Of a stretch of 64,000 nucleotides of DNA, positions 50,758 to 64,000 are shown piece by piece (the first letter of the stretch is position 1; the number at the start of each line of letters is the position of its first letter). Both the position numbers and the translations under genes were made by a program. This DNA is from Raillietiella orientalis (Eukaryota): the NCBI GenBank assembly GCA_036172245.1, contig JAYWIR010000001.1, forward strand, positions 5,828,001 to 5,892,000. The letters are read 5' to 3'. The notes beneath the pieces are model-generated. The model ran no database searches, was not told the origin of the DNA, and saw nothing but the letters and a program-made list of their open reading frames with translations.

Positions 50758-53700
50758 TAAGGATGTTTCCTTAGCAATTAATGAAAAACATCTACGTCCA
50801 GATCATTGAGTTTGATGTCACGGTTGTATAGTAATGAAATTTCCAATCTCATACCTGGGAATTTCTTTTAGATGAAGGAGCACAAGTATTTTTGAGGATC
50901 AGGAAAGGAGATGAAGTTCTGATCTTTCGAGTGATCACAGGAAAGCTACATTAAAGGACGTAGTAATTCAAACATTTCTACTTGAAAACTTTCCGGAAGA
51001 AATTCAGTGTTTTAACATGTCTTAAATATGTTGAAACGCTGAATGTTTTATGCAGATATCCAAGAGCAGATTCCAAGTACAGTGTTGAGAATGAATTCAC
51101 ATTTGAAGGATGAATGAAAACCTTCACATCTGGCAAAGAATACTTTTCTATAGGAATTGATGGTCATTGCGATCTGTAATGAAACATGGGTGGAGAAATA
51201 AAACGTATCGAGTTTATAAAGGAATTTATCATATCTTCAGAGGGCTTGACAATAAAATGAAACATCGGAATGATACATGTGCAGGCCATAAGGATCAAGG
51301 AACTGCAATCAGCAGAAAGGAAGCAGAAATTTCAAAGCACATTTGAGGAAACATTAGCGTTCGAAGAGAAGCAAAAAAAAAAAAAACTGCGTTATCTGCA
51401 AATACAATGACAGGAAAAAAAGGCTTTTCCCCCCCCCCTCTCGTATTAAAGTAGATTCCGAGAGATCATAAAACGTAGCTGAAACTCGTAAGAAAAGGAA
51501 AATTCCTATTAAAGAAAATCGGGCTAGATGCAAAAGAATTAAGGGAAAGAGTTTAAACGGTAATTCTAATGTTAAAAATACGTATACTTTACAACAGTGC
51601 TCGAATGGCAAAATTGGACAGTATTTAAAAGACGTCTTCTGATTAAGGGACTACATTTTAAAGTAGCTAAACTAGAATGGAGGAAAACTGAAGGCACAGA
51701 AAACAAATGATTTAAATTCTTTGATGAACCTCAAAAAAAAAAAAAAAGGGACTTACCCACTTGAATTCTTGAAAATTTGGAGATAATTAGAAGAAGAAAC
51801 AAAGCTACAGAGTGGCTATTGAAGAGTGATGTTATTTGGGGGGGAGGTTCTGTGAAAACTAACCTATTCAGGATGACTCTTGTCACAATCACCTCGACTT
51901 AATTTTCGTTTCCATTCATAACTGCCTAGTTAGAGAGAAGAAGGACGAAAAAATTATGAAGCATCGTCAGAACTTTAGTTTAACTACCAAACCTTGATAG
52001 ATGCAGAGCATCATGCATTAGCGAACTCTGCTGATTCCGGTTTTGTCTTTTTTCCCAGGCTGAAATAAAAACGAAACGCGACCGAAAACTGAAAAATACA
52101 CTGAGAGAAACGTCCGTTCCAATAAGTAAACCGGGTCGTTCTTATCAAAATGAAGTTTTTTAAGTACAGTTCAAAAAGGAGTCTACATACATTAAATTTT
52201 GCAATTGACCTCTGACCATTCGTACGTTATGTTCATCAAAGGAATTGGGGGTCTGATCTTTTCATACAGAATTTTGTGCGCGACATGTGCGGTCAACGAA
52301 TTTTTAGAGATTTTTCTAGGTTTTTTTTAAAAAAAATTTTTAGAATTCGAGAAGCCCCTCCCAAAAAGTCAAGAAACTAGTAACCCTTGTTTTAATATTT
52401 CACTGTGTTGCCAAGATTTAAGAAATGAATTCCAATACATTTTCATTCATGCAAAAAAGTCTTCGAGGAACATGGGTCAAACAGAAATCCTCAACATGCT
52501 TCCCTTATTCTCGAAATTTCGTTTTGTCTTTGACTCATGTTCACCAATTTTGGAAACTTCCGAATTTTGCCACAAGCACATTTGTAGAGCTCTAATAATT
52601 TTAAACCATGAAAGTCAGAAAGAGAATCGGGCACAGTACAACACGACCTGGGCAGACTCCTTCTGAGGTCTTGCCACCATCAGGTTCAGCAATGAATTGA
52701 AACGTGCAACATGATGATGCGCACACGTTTTTCTTTTCTTTTCTTCTTCTAAGAATAAATGCAGTCGAAAGAAGAGACAGAAAATGCACGAGTTTTCTGC
52801 TAGAACATACATGAATGGTTCTGGTTGAAAGTACAGAATGTCGGCAAGAGTAATTACACGTTGATAGCAATCGATTACGTGTATCTATATAGTACCCATA
52901 TGTGTGTATGTATCTTTTTAATAATCCACTTCTGAGCAGTTGTTTTAGGACATTTTCTATTCTGCAAGTAAAGCCACCTATTATTCTACCTGTTATGTGT
53001 TATTTGTGCAATGGAATTTCAGAGCAGCTACGCTTCGCTTTGCAACGTGAAATTCTTTGCCGGTTGGGACAGTTGGGTTGCTTCTTTCGTGGCCAGAAAA
53101 CGATGCCGAAGAACGCTGGGACTTCAGCTTGCGTCACTGACAAAACGAATGCATGCGACTGGACCGGGTTGACTTCCAGCTGGCTGGCTCATCCGCTCAA
53201 TAGATTTCAGCCCTTTATCTTTCCTTGTGAGATTGCTCCTCCCTTACTTGATCAGCTATTAATGAACCGAAACGTTTGCCAACAAGCTGAGTACGCTCAT
53301 TGCACGTCTCACGTCGTCCTCTTTCGATAGTGAATGATTAATTACTTTTTCCAGTAACTGATGGCTGCTTTTCAGTTAACCCTTTCTTTAGAAAACCTTT
53401 TTCTCTTTCCCTCCATTACATTCTTTTTTTCCTCTCTCTCTTTTTTTCCTGCTGCCATCAAATTGCAGGATGACAAAAATAAAAAATAATTTCCTGGCAT
53501 AAAGTGCGATTAATCTTCGTATTTTGATAGCTATTAAATGTTGGAGAATTTCCTCATTATGAAGTAATTCATTTCAAGATGTTACCTCTTTGCAAGTACT
53601 TTTTACTTCAAATCGGTGACGCTGATCGGTTCGTCATATATGTGCAGACAAACTTTGATACAGATTATAAGCTCTTTTAGGGACTACAGATTTTGCTCTT

Positions 53701-56700
53701 TCTTGATGGTCTCTTAAAGAATTTGTGGGAACTATTGCTTTGAAAATCACGCGATTCTATTTAATGCGCCCATTGAGATATAGATGTAATCTCAGTTAGG
53801 TATCACAGGCGATTCGGAAATAAATTAGATCTGATTCCTATTCTCAACTCCTTGTAAATTCTCTTATACGACCCTTCACGATTTATTCATACAACCGGAT
53901 TATTTGTTTTCCTTATCTTTGGAAAAAAATATTTCCAAAGATAAGTTTTTGATGCTATTGTATGCTGATCACATCAAAACAAATGCGTGATAAATCAACA
54001 GAAAACGTGCTCTTCTGCGAACGTTATAATGCAAGGATACACGGTCATTATCTTGACACATAATCCTTGTATTTCGATGCATAATGTAACTCACTGGTCG
54101 GTTCCATTCAGTCCTTGCAGACGACTGAAGATTCTGTCTGCAGAAACCTAGGGTCCTATTCAATGAATGTACTTGGCCAATCTTCGAGTTTGCGAAACTC
54201 GAGTTGCATCCGTGTGCCGAGGCTGCGTCCTAGGGCGCGAATGTAGGGTACACCACGCAGTGATCCCCTAGTACTTGTATCACTGATTCATTGAAGGGGT
54301 GCTCGTTTAGCCGAATTCAATGTCTTTTGCGTAGTCAGAAAGACAAGAGAAGGACCTGGAAGTGTCATAAGTCCACATTCAAAACCATACGTATCCACGT
54401 ACGTGTATCGGCGCACACACGAATGCTTCCGGAAGCAGACGCCGTTAGCGATCTTCTCGTAGTTCCATGGGAATGCGAAAGGAAAATTCTCCGCCAGCCG
54501 AAGAGAATCTGAAATTAGGGCCCAAAATATGTTAAAACCTGCTCTACAAGTATTCTTTGAAGTTTTCGTATTTTGAAACTAGAACAGAACTCATGATTTC
54601 GTGCAATTCATCAAATTGCTTTCTTCGATTGCATCTATACATATAGATAGATTATACAGCGCACGTAACATCTGTAATACCTGAAAAAGATCAACCGCAT
54701 GCGACCTCGAATTTGCATCAGTCAAAATTGTGCGATTTGGATCTAGTCGTGCTTGTCCAAGTCCGTACTATCAAATGTGTACTTCCAGCTCGAGTTTTCT
54801 GTACAAAGCAACAGTGTTTTAAGCCTCACTCGTTTCTGATCTTAAGTTTCACCATTGCGAATCCTCCTCAGCTTTCATGCAAAATGTACAAAAATCAATG
54901 GACTGACTTGGTTTTTTAAGGTTCTTCTATGATCCTGTGCTAAGGGACTCGACAGTTTTTTATCCTTCTTCCCATGTGTGAAATTGGTTACTTAGGACAC
55001 TGGTTCTTTGCTTTCCATCTTCAGAAGTAACTTTCAAGTTTCACGAGGGGTGAATCTTCTATCCTTTTTCCCTGTCTGCCTCTTTCGAAGAAGTAACGTG
55101 ACGATAATAAAATAATGTGAAAACATCTTCGAAACGAGCGGGTTAAATGGCTGAAAAATTCGAGTCCAGTACGTAAAAAGCTCGTGAGATAAATTTTGTC
55201 GTTGGATGTAAGGAAAAAAAGAAAGAAAGGGAAGCTTTGAAATTTGGAAAAACTGAAAAATCTTAGAACCCTCTTAGAACATACCAACGCGCAAGTTTGG
55301 GTAACTTCTGGTACTCGCCTTTTCGAAATCGAAAGAGGGTCCCCCTTTTTCCTGCGTGCGTGGAATCCCAATTTGCTTTCATTTACAATTTTAACTTCCT
55401 TGTTCGCATTTATCTCGCTTTCCCACATGTTGCTGAAGTTAAGCTGAAGGCTACTGGGTTGTGATCTGTACCGATAGAACAGACTTTCTACAAACGCGTT
55501 TCTGTAGATGGCAAGTGTTATTCCTTTGCTTTTCAGTTGGTCTCTTTTCGCTTACGAAAGCCTTCGCTTTCTTTCCGTTGCCGTAACTTCCCCAGCTGAT
55601 TGCTACTGTATTCTGATGCTGCTTCTCTGCCTTTTATTCTGTATACCTTATAATTCATGTGTACTCAATGGTCTCTTGTTGATGATGATCTTAATGATCA
55701 CACCAGCTTTGTTTATTTTGGCTCGCCATGCTTTCACGAAAAAGGTAAGGAAATTATTTTAAAACACGCGAAAAAGAATGAAAAATCTGAAAAAGAATGA
55801 AAAATTCTGAAGACCGTCGGCTCTTCTGTTTTTTTATCCGTATCAGTACTGATCGAACCGACCTACGCCTTTGAAAGGCAGCAAAGCAACGGAGCAGAGA
55901 AATAGTTTTCGGTAATAAAAAGCACTAAGCTGAATTATTTCACCATGAATTTTCCTGTTTATCCTCTTGATCCTTCAGAATCCTTTTTCTCTCTCGCTCT
56001 CTCTCTGTGTGTGTGATCTGTCATGATGATCTTGATTAAATCGCATCATTTTGCACAACTCTTGTGTTCAGAGATAGTGGTGCTGCAATGCCGTTGGATA
56101 GATATCGACCCTGACGTTATTTTATTTTACATGCATTGCATTAGTCTGAATTTTTCTCATGCAAGTTTTTGGAATCATGAAGCAATACGAAATACCTTTG
56201 CATATTACAAAAAATGTGACACACATGGTCTTCGAACATGAGATTGGCGCCGAAACAAAATTACTGTTTCCTCCGAATGTACACATGAAAACAATTAGGG
56301 TTTTCCAATCTCAAAGGATAATATTCGAGGACTGGTGGTGGTCACAGGGATGACTGTTCCCCCCCCCTCTTCCCCTTCTTTTCCTCCGATACATCCGAAG
56401 AGCAGACAAATTTCTGATTCGGAGATTTCGAGTTCGGAGGTATACTTCCAAGGTCTCCAAGTGAACCTAGAAGAACGAATGTTTGTTTGCTGTTTTGCTT
56501 CCGTTTTGTTTTCCTTAGGGTGCCTGTAATACGTACGCAAATATTGGATGTTTCTTGTTAGACTTCCGATAGCCACCAGACCACGCATTTATTTCGTGAA
56601 TGTCTTTTCATGGATTTGCGCCAAGTCATTCATGAAATTGATGGATCGTGTGATCATACTTTCCAAATATTAGTGTTAGCATTCACATTTACGTCATTAC

Positions 56701-57027
56701 GATTACAGCCGCCACATCTTACGAATCAGTAATCAACATGGATAGAATACGACTGTACGGATTCAAGAAAGCAAAATCGCGTCTTCTCTTCCATCGGTCC
56801 TAATTCTTTTTGAATTTATGGGATTTAAGAGTTGTTAGGTATGTACTTTTTGGAGAAAACAGATTCCCTACTTTATTGTGAAAATCGTTCGGGAAAACAT
56901 AATGCTTCGTAATTATTCAGTATCTCCAGGAAGTATCAATGAATCCATTGTGTTAAATATGCTTTTATCTAGACGAAGAAAAACATGTATACACATCCAT
57001 GTGGATATACTTATGCATACACAGTAC

Positions 57028-57052
57028 TGTGTGTGTGTGTGTGTGTGTGTGT
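57028..57052. repeat. (GT)n microsatellite
   Basis: Read directly. (CT)n tracts also at 917-942, ~39745-39771 and ~57410-57430. Confidence 0.9.
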
Positions 57053-60000
57053 ACGAAAACGAGATTATTTGAAAATTCAACATTGTTATTCTAATAAGAC
57101 TCACCACGACTGAAAACCTCCAGTATATCGAGAAAACGCTCTCGTGTTCCCCGAATGAAGACTATCTATGTCCATCTGAACCAAGAAGGATGGAGAATTT
57201 CACCGAAGGTGAAGACTTTGAATCAGTGGAAACTCCACTTGATTACCCTCACGAAGCAGATGAAAGTAACGTATGGTTTTTGTCATGAATGCATAAATTG
57301 CATCTCCTCTAAGGTTGCTTGAAATGCTTGGAGAATGAGGTTCAGTTAATCCCTCTTGGTATGCATTGACTGGAATACCATCAAACCATCTCGTGCTTTC
57401 CTTTTTCCCTCTCTCTCTCTCTCTCTCTCTTTTTCAGGCGTGCATTTACATCAGAGATCGCCAACAAAGTAAGATGTGCTACGAGATCAATTCGTAACAT
57501 TCACTTAAGAAAGCAAGATGCGGTGGCGCGAGTTGTTTTGATACCACTTGTCCATCCGCTCCCAATTGCTGCAAACAACACATTCTTCTTCGTTCTTACA
57601 CCCCGATTTTTGAAGTGTGTTTGTTTCAGACGGTTGCTGGTCACCAGTACTCCCACGAAGGCCTTATTGCGTGAAGCCTTTCACCTCGAAACGGCAAGCT
57701 TTCGTTTTGGCTCGCTCAGGAATTTGTCTCTCTCCAGCTAGATATATCAAAGATAGACACCGATGAAATATCAGAGCTGATCCCTAGAGACAGTTACTTC
57801 GTGAACTCTTCCGAGATAGATCCGACCTGCAGCAGCTTGAGGTATTGTAACAGTGATAATCGAGTTATCCACAGTCAACCAGCAAAAAAAACTCTGCAAG
57901 CATAAAAAAAATTTCTCTCGAGCTGAATTTCGAAAAAGATGTGTCGAGCGGTCCAGATATTTTCCTCGGGAAAGCGGAAGCTCTTTCAGGTGCAAAGTCA
58001 GGATCAGATACGTGAGCAAGACCCTAATGACGCATTTGAACGCATTTTTTTTCTCAGAAATAGGAGTTTATCGGAGAGCATCAACGTGAAAACCGATTAT
58101 TCCAAGAGCGTTCAGGGAAAAACTGAGCAAGCGCCAGAGATTTCGAATTTCAAGAACAAATTTCAAACGGTAATTCTGGCATTTATTCTAAAGCCTCACG
58201 TCGACGTGTCTGATGCTGCTCGGTTCCCAAGTCGAAGCTGGAACGTCCCTCCTAGCCATTAGCCGTTCAGGCCAAACTCTAATCATAAATAATTACAGAC
58301 TGATTCTTCTTCTTGTCCCGCAAGCCGTTTGCAAACATATCTCGACCTCGAGAATTCCAATTGCCTTATCGCTTCACTCTTCTAACCCACTGAAGTGGTG
58401 GGGTTCTTCCACAGGTGGATGACGATTTGATTATCGTCATCCACTTTGGAAGCCTTGCTCGGTGCAACCGTCTTCCCGCAAATCCTCCCTCTGCCTTTAA
58501 ATAACCTGCCGTAATCTGCTGCAGCTGTCATTCATTACCTGAGGAATAAACAGAATGGCTGCGAATAGTCATCTCGTGCCCCTCCCTATTCATACGTAAA
58601 TCTAATATGAGTTTGTGCAGTGGCAATGTGTTTGTTTATAACGCATGCAGCCTGGAACTGCGTTACACACCACCACACGTGCTTTGGCCGACACGCCAGC
58701 GTGACCCATCGCTACTCCCATCGTTACCAGGTCTTCGGGGATTGAGGCGCTGTTGCAGCAAGTCAAGAAGACCACAGCGGTTACGGGTGATAAATGGAAA
58801 CTCGAAAGGAGCGCCATCCTAAACTACATTTTCCGAATTTTTCTGGGTTTTTTTTTTTTTTTTCCTTTCTGACCACGCTGCATCAGGCTCTGGACGCGTG
58901 CGTTGAGCCCTTCGGTCACTTGAACTTGCGGAGAATTCTGGGACTCTCTCCGAAAAATGCAAATGCAGTTCTTGCCCGGTGCAAACCTGTAAATTTTTAC
59001 TTACTTCCGGAAAGAGCTCGAATACCACCACGATCGATGTGGAGTGATTTTCTATCGAAACGCAAGTAGGATAGTTTTCCGTCCAAATTATTTACTGGTA
59101 TGGAGCAGTGCGCGCGGGTTCCCCCCCGTGTTTTCGCGTTCTCTCCTTTGAGGCCTTGAGATGGGCGTTTCTCCCCTTTTGAACAGGTTCAAATAAATTC
59201 TGGAACCTGTGTGCCTGTTGTCTTCCACCACCGCATGCGAGGACATCGCAGGAGCGCGTGAAACCTTGTGCAATTTCCAGATACCTGTGTGTCCAATCAT
59301 GGCCCGAGCAATAAGGTCATGCAGCTCTTTGAAGCGAGGATTCATAGAAATCATTCACAGGAATCACAAAAGGAAAATCTGAGAGGATCGCGAATTAAGT
59401 GAGTTGGCGTTACCCACCCACCCCTCCTCCCCGCTTTAAACGAAGTGCACCTCGTTTGCAGGACGCTTCTTCCATGTTCGACTTTCCCTGCATCGGGTTG
59501 TCGATTCGGATCACTTTCGATTCGCACCAGAGTACCGTGAAGAAGCCATGTCACGAACAAATTGCTGCTTGCTGACCGCAGCTTCTTCATCGGAGTGGCG
59601 TCACGAGAATCTTCGGGGATGCCCCGTCAACGCGCCTCTCCCGTAATTTCATTATTTTCCACAAAGTTCCCTTTTGTTATTCGTGCGGGATGACAGTTTG
59701 CATGCACCTTTTTTTTCCTTTTTTTCCTCTCCTCCCCCCCTTCTTTAAAATAAAAGGAAAAAGACAAATAAACTTATTGCACTGCTGTTCGTTTCACGCA
59801 GGGAGAAAAAAAAAAAAAACACGGTTGGTTGACCAATGAGATTAGTGATTGGTGATTCGATGTCGAAAAAATCTTGGGCACATTTCAAGTACTCCGAGCT
59901 TCCCTTACACCCACCGAACTGTACACATTGCGTGTTCCTGCTGTCGCTTGCCGGAGGGAAGACGACGCCTCTCCCAGATGTGGACACACACACACAGCCT

Positions 60001-63000
60001 GCGCAGGAGGAGGCCCTTTGTTTCGGGGGAAGCGCATGCGCGCCCACTCGGACAACAATGGCACCGGCGTTCCGTTGGCCTCAGTCCCGTGGGCGCTGGC
60101 GCCCCTGCCGGCTACAGAGGCTGCGGATGGGAGATGCAAAGGCGGGGAAAACAAAACAAAACAAAACAAAAGCGAGGCGTTATGAAGTACGCCCGAAAAT
60201 TCACCCGGAGGGCATCATGATGGACGCGAGAAGGGCATTCGACAGCCTGGAATTAATAAACACGTCCATGGGAGTTGATGTAACCGATCTCTAATCAGCT
60301 CCAATCTCTAATTAAAAGATCCAAAACGAAAGAAAACAAAGATTCATTTCTTCCTGGGTTCCATTGAACCAGATCGTCCCAAGGGCAAAACGAAGGCGAG
60401 CGGTAATTGCCTTGATCGAACAAAGCTTCATGTCCGAGAAAGTTAAAACGGAAGAAGCTGCGATCCACAAAACACAGGACAGTGCTAATTTGCTCGGCTA
60501 TTTTCAAGGATCGAAACCCCCTGCCTCACTGGATTCCGCAGATCAAAAACGAAAAAATTTTCCCAAACTCTTTCCAGATACGCTCCCCCGCCGTGCCGTT
60601 GCTCCACCATTTGAGAAAAAAAAAAAAAAAAAAAGTTTCGACCTTTTTCCTGTTTGTTTGTTTTTTTTGCGCTGCGCCTCAGCACTCGTGATCGAATCCT
60701 GAATGAACTTGGGAGTCGCTGTCACGTTGATCCGCGAGCATCCATCTACGGATGGATCACTCACTCCAATTCAAATTTCACGGCAGCCATCCTGCGCTTC
60801 GCCGCACACCAGTTGGGCTTAAGAGGTATTTAGGCAATCAGTGAAATTTCGGTGCGTCATCCTTGATAGTTGGCGAAGTGACGAAGGAGGAGGAAACCCA
60901 GCCGGTTGTACGCGGATCCCCCAAAACCCGTGCCTCTGGTCCAGTAACAGTGAGCGACATGGATGTATCACGGTATTCAGGACGCTGATGCCCGCAGACT
61001 TTGCCGAGCCCGGGTACGTTACGTGAGAGGGGTCATTCGTGAGAATTGGTGTTTTGGAATGTTTCGCAAAGAGGTGCTTCGTGGCACCTGAAAAATCCTG
61101 ACGTTTTCTCACATGATTCTCTTCAGCAATTTGAGCCGCCCAGGCAACTCTCTCAACTTAACCTGTGAGGCAAACAAAAAAGGAAAAATCTCGGATTTCG
61201 AGCACCAGCTATTAAGCTTAAGCTGATATAAAATGAATTAGAATTTTTATTTGGGAATCGTGCCCTTTTCCGTAGGAGTGTTGGCTAAATTAAAGAGATG
61301 TGTGTTTGCTCTATCCAGTGCAGTATAAACCAAGAAAAAGACAAGTAGTAGTTTTCGTGTGGTAGAAGGTTTCGACCTCTTCAGAACTTGATGGGAAGAA
61401 GATCTGCTGCATCCGTGCGAACTTTCGGCGTGATTCTGCTGTTTTGCCGGTTTGCAGGAGGGTCAGCTCCGGCGCTTCAGGTAACAAATCCTATATTCGT
61501 GCACCGAAAAGTGTTCTCAGTGTGTAAAAACCCGATGCATTCGAAGAAAAAAAAGAAAGAAAGAAAGAAAAGGGGCTGTAGGATGCGTTCCTGTAGAGTT
61601 GTGTTTTGGGTAACCCGGAAATGGGAAAATGTCGATACCCGCGAAATTCCTTAGACTTGGGTTCCCCTGACCCTTGCATCTTTGGGAATGTTATCGGATC
61701 GCTGCATTTGACACTTTATGCACGTGTTTTTGCGTGTGTGTCCTCTTAGAACCTTTGGAACCATTGCAAAATCGTTAAGGAACAGTGTTTCTTGTGCGAA
61801 ATGTCGTTCCTGTGCACTCTAACGATGAACACGAGATGAAGTACCCTGTTTTTTTCTACCTCTCTCTCTGCTGAAATCGACTGTGAATGCGAAGATACAC
61901 CAACACACCTTGGGTGCGTGTCATTCTGAATACCTGCGAATCTCCTCCAAATCCACATTTTGGAGGCCCATCTACGAAACCCGTTTGCGGAGTCGATGTG
62001 AAATGAAATTTAAAGTGGGGGAGGGGGGGGGGGAAACACGCGCACGCACGTTCGGTTCCCGTTGGTTTACACTGATATTCTGTGTACAGATGTAACAGTT
62101 CAACACCGAAACACAAGAAGCTTTTAAAAGGCATTCCTGTTTCTCGAACGGGAATCTGAAGGACAAGCATTATTTTACAGGGCGGGTAATAAAATTCCAA
62201 GTCATTGTCTCCGCACCTTCGTTAGTTCTAATCGTACCACGTGCTTTCATTCAATGCTAATGGAACCTCTGGCGTCCCGCTGTCTGCCCTGCCTGCCAAA
62301 TTTTTCACCAGAAACACACACGTGCGTCTCGTTTTGGAGCCCTCGGGCTACTGAAATCTTCAAGACACCCTGCCCCATCCCTCCGATATGTGATAAATAA
62401 GCTTCATTCGTTTCCATTCTTTTGCGATTCTGCACTCTCCCTGCCTTCCACTTACAGATGTTTCGCGTCTGTTTCTTTTCCTTTCCCTTCCTTTTTTTTT
62501 TTTTTTTTTTTTTTTTCTGTCTCTTTTCCTTTTCCTCACGAAAATTCTTCCAGTGAAGATCGAATCGAAAGAGTTGCGTTCGCCCGCGCGGTGGAGCATC
62601 TGCGTGGACGGCGAACGACGCCACACAGGCTAGGGAGAAAGATGCTCCGCATCCCGTCGTCTTCCGAATCACGGAAATCCTCCTCTTTGTGGATACGGAC
62701 CCACGGCGCGTGCGCGCGTGTATTGTGTTCTTCTTCTTCTTCTTTGTGCTTTGGGGGGGGGGGGGGGCAAGCCGCGCCGTGCCGGATACGGATAGTTCTC
62801 CGTTCTCCACTTGAGTTCATGTTCTCCGCGGCTTCTGGCCCCGGGTCCTTACGCTGGGATGCACCACCACGAGGAAGTCCCCAAAGTTTCACTTGCTTAT
62901 TCGGTGCCTGACACCCCCACCCCCTTCCATAAGTGCATTTCCCCCCCCCCCCGATGATGCCTTTTTGCGGTGCGCATTTCGCGCGCGCTAACAATGAAGC

Positions 63001-64000
63001 GACCGAGCTGCTGACGACAATACGGCGGGGGAGTCAAAACAAAAACAAAACATGGATATCGATCAAACGGCGTCGATACGTTTGGACGAACAGCAGGTGT
63101 TAGAAATCGCCGCACTTGAGGCTTTTGGATCGGAAAAGAAAAAAATATCCCGAGATCAAAAAGCAGATTTCGAGTGGCCTAACGGGTGCCCTCCGCTGAG
63201 CGGACTGACTCATTAGAATGCGGCAATGCGAGTGGCTCGTAAAACCAAGACCATCCGTTTTTTAGCATACCAAAAAAAAAACGTGCCTCACAGTGGAGAG
63301 AGAACTCTTTTCTTTTGTTACACTGAAACCGCACCTGATACGAGAGAGAGAGAGAGCATCCAAGGCGCGTACGAAGATGGCAACGCGGTTGCACGTCGGA
63401 AAGATGGCTGGGGGGAGGAAAAAAACATCCCTGCCGCCGCCGATGCTGTCGCAGGAGGAGGAGGAACTCTTCGTGTACCCCTCTTCGTAGACGGGAGCCA
63501 GGCGCCCAAGTTGGAGCGGATGCGTTGACGTTGTGAGCCTCTCTGTCTCTCCCCCCGTTTCCCACCTTCCCGCTCCCGAGAAGGAAGGAGGGGCAGGGGT
63601 GATGCCACGAAAACGCAGTGAGACTCCTGGCTTCGCGAATGGAGCAGCGAAGCGCGGCTTTCATCTGGGATCGTTGCCTCGGAAACACCGGGTCCCTACC
63701 ACGCTAACCAATTCCAGGCGCGTGACCCAGAGACCTCGGCCGACCCGCAGGAAATCCACGCTGGGTGGGTTCCGACGTTTGCGTGGTGCTGCGACTGGCA
63801 GCTGTAAAAAAGGGTTCGGTATTGAAAGTTGCGGAAGACTTGGCAGTCCTGTGCTTTTTTAGGGTCAGGGTGGAGACTGCTGCTTTCATGCTGCAGCCAA
63901 AATTGTTGGGAGGCGCCCATCAAGAAGAAAAGAGCTCCAGCTTCGCGTGGGACGGGAGACGAACAGTCTCGAGATCGCAGCACCAAGGAAATGAATCGCC

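Noticed and set aside
44400..64000. Numerous 60-190 aa ORFs in the right third
   Set aside because: They show no recognisable domains or codon-like pattern, and many are built on homopolymers. Treated as intergenic or intronic sequence.

Overview
Eukaryotic genomic DNA, apparently from an arthropod (pancrustacean-like), judged from the protein sequences. No prokaryotic features, rRNA, tRNA or CRISPR arrays were seen. An AT-rich, CpG-poor core (~19-27.7 kb) holds three compact genes with mostly 43-58 nt GT-AG introns: NKAP (-), PP4R3/SMEK/falafel (+, 8 coding exons, ~778 aa) and a CFAP36/CCDC104-like gene (-). The CFAP36-like gene lies tail-to-tail with PP4R3, and its N-terminal BART exon looks disrupted. 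Directly upstream of it is a heavily decayed WW-PDZ-FERM (FRMPD4/Preso-like) relic. The GC-rich flanks (~0-17 kb, ~29.5-40 kb, ~42-44 kb) are packed with decayed L1/Tx1-type non-LTR retrotransposon pieces: more than a dozen gag/ORF1-like remnants in both orientations and about six post-RT ORF2 tails. I could not find an endonuclease or RT core in them. Also present are a 776-bp internally deleted piggyBac with TTAA TSDs, a second piggyBac-like MITE, two Tc1/mariner transposase relics, a possible Ig-domain relic, and micro/minisatellites. The 44.4-64 kb region shows no recognisable gene. All homology calls were made by eye against remembered family consensus sequences. Boundaries of decayed elements are approximate.
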